Below are positions 62,401 to 64,000 of a DNA stretch of 64,000 nucleotides, piece after piece; the stretch's first letter is position 1, and the number at the start of each line of letters is the position of its first letter. The translations under genes and the position numbers were made by a program. Source of the stretch: Guillardia theta CCMP2712 (lineage: Eukaryota; Protista; Cryptophyta); assembly GCF_000315625.1 (NCBI RefSeq), contig NW_005434621.1, positions 419,539 through 483,538 of the forward strand, read 5' to 3'. The notes under the pieces are model-generated. The model was not told the origin of the DNA. It did no database searches and saw nothing but the letters and a program-made list of their open reading frames with translations.

Positions 62401-63464
62401 AGCGTTTGCTTCGACAGGCTCTGGATCGATTTCGTAAAGAGCAGTTGTTTGTCAAGAAGTCGAAATGTAAGCTGTTTCACTCTGAAATTGATTTCCTCGG
62501 TTTCCACATCAGCGAGGCAGGCGTCTCGACACAAGAGAAAAAGGTACAAGCGATTGTGGATCGTTCGGCGCCGCAAACAGCGAAGGAACTCAAGTCGTTT
62601 TTGGGAGTGTTGAACTTTTACAGGAAGTATGTGCCGGATTACGCAGCGTTAGCACTTCCGCTAACGAATCTTCTACGTAAGAATGTGAAGTTTTGTTGGG
62701 ATGACGCGCAAGAGGCGGCCTTTCAGGAGCTGAAGAAGCGTTTGATATCAGCCCCTGTTTTAAGGTACTTCAACCCAGCGTTAGCTACTTGCGTGTTGGT
62801 CGATGCGAGCGACTACGCCATTGGTGCTGTCTTGACACAACAGCATGGCGAAGATCTGTTGCCTGTCGCCTTCTTCAGCAAGCGTCTCAACAGTGCCGAG
62901 GTAAATTATTCAGTGCGCGAGAAAGAGCTTCTGGGATTGATTTCAGCATTGGTGCATTTCAAGTTTTACTTGTACGGACGCAGGGTGTTGGTTCGTACAG
63001 ATCACAAGAGTCTCAAGTATCTTCTCACGCAGAGCAACCTCACGGGTCGATTGTTTCGATGGAGTCAAATTCTTGCTGATTTCGATTTGGATGAAATCTC
63101 CTACATTCCTGGAGAAGAGAATGTCATCGCTGACTACCTATCTCGTCCGAACGATTCTACGGTTGTGCCGTCACAGAGTGCGTTAGACGATGAGATTCGA
63201 CAGCGTGCTGATTTGGTCAACTTGGATCCTACCTTGCTTTGTACCATCTCGTCCTCTGGGGAGGGGGAGGTGATGGAGGTGACTGACAACGCACTGCTAC
63301 GCTCTAGCAACAGACAACGCATTTACAGCTGATGTCGTCAAAAATTATCAGCAGGACAGATATTTCGCGCAGGTTCTCCAGGACATTCAACAGGGAAACA
63401 TGGTCCCAATGCAGCGTCGAACTTATTTTCTGCGAGACGGAGTCTTGTTTTGGAAGGACTCGCT
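59460..63464 (+). mobile_element. Ty3/Gypsy LTR retrotransposon (gag, PR, RT, RH), truncated before the integrase core
   Basis: Gag QGPKESVEAYTARF and CYNCQKFGHFRDKC, with an in-frame TGA at 60693. PR ALLDTAAEESFIS. RT LDLAKSFWQ, IPFGL, YIDD. RH VDASDYAIGAVL, NYSVREKELL, TDHKSL. Confidence 0.93.
61082..61177 (+). other. -1 programmed ribosomal frameshift signal (U UUA AAC plus predicted pseudoknot)
   Basis: The heptamer is in gag phase two codons before the gag stop, and the -1 frame is the protease ORF. A 10-bp stem starts 6 nt downstream. Confidence 0.85.
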
Positions 63465-63999
63465 TGCTCAGATGCTCGACTGCTATCTCCATGGCATGCC
63501 GATCTGCCAGTGTCCGACGGAATGTGATGGATGTCAGCGCGAGCTCGATCCCTCCGTTGCTGCACATCATCTCCAGACCTGCAAACGCCGATCCTCCAAG
63601 CTTCCCACGGCGCATGACAACCTTACTCGTACGATTCGGTCGATGCTGAACGAAGCTGGTCTTCAGAGCGTCATCGATACAGTGGGGGATCCTCGTTCTC
63701 GACGGCAGGTACCCTCCCATCCTCATGGCCGCAAGATGAAGGGCGATATCCACATCCCTGGAATCCGCGATCGAGGGTCCGAGCAGTACGAGGGCTTGAT
63801 GGCGGACGTGACGTTGGTCCACCCTTACATTGGTAGCTCTGCCGACCTGACCAAGTGGGGGGAGGTCAACCTCGACGCCCTCCATCATGTTGCAGCGTCT
63901 GAGAAGATTCGCAAACATCGCGCTGCATATGCTATGACTACTCCTCCTCGAGCGTTCATCCCTCTTGCCATCTCGACGGACGGTACCGGTGCATCCTGA
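63465..63999 (+). mobile_element. CRE-like RLE domain fragment, inverted relative to the 53-56 kb copy
   Basis: Near-identical reverse complement of about 53850-54379. Confidence 0.92.
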
Positions 64000-64000
64000 T

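Overview
This is a gene-dense, intron-rich eukaryotic nuclear contig with several assembly gaps. Its short introns, GGA/CTC microsatellites and ciliary B9D2 gene suggest a flagellated alga, and the style resembles the cryptophyte Guillardia theta (inference only). Bases 1-48 kb carry housekeeping genes: an ankyrin protein, SF3A2, WDR36/UTP21, U2SURP, B9D2, a ZGRF1-like helicase, a BIG/Sec7 ARF-GEF, a SMARCAL1-like helicase, a GT-A+GT61 glycosyltransferase, a PPPDE peptidase, APH-1, a membrane U-box E3, a SnoaL-like protein, a bZIP factor and PIF1. An intron-containing Crypton tyrosine-recombinase transposon sits at 30-33.7 kb. Bases 51.6-64 kb are a repeat graveyard: a satellite, a CRE-like RLE non-LTR retrotransposon shredded into a mosaic, and two Ty3/Gypsy elements. 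Top finding: the bZIP gene (43804-44729) has every sequence hallmark of an IRE1-spliced XBP1/HAC1/bZIP60-type mRNA. It has two CUG^CAGU loops on twin hairpins closed by a basal stem, flanking a 23-nt non-spliceosomal intron (44195-44217). Removing the intron replaces a hydrophobic tail with an open acidic activator-like tail. Second finding: a UUUAAAC -1 frameshift site with a predicted three-stem pseudoknot at the Gypsy gag-pol junction, with the same layout in the second, divergent Gypsy copy.
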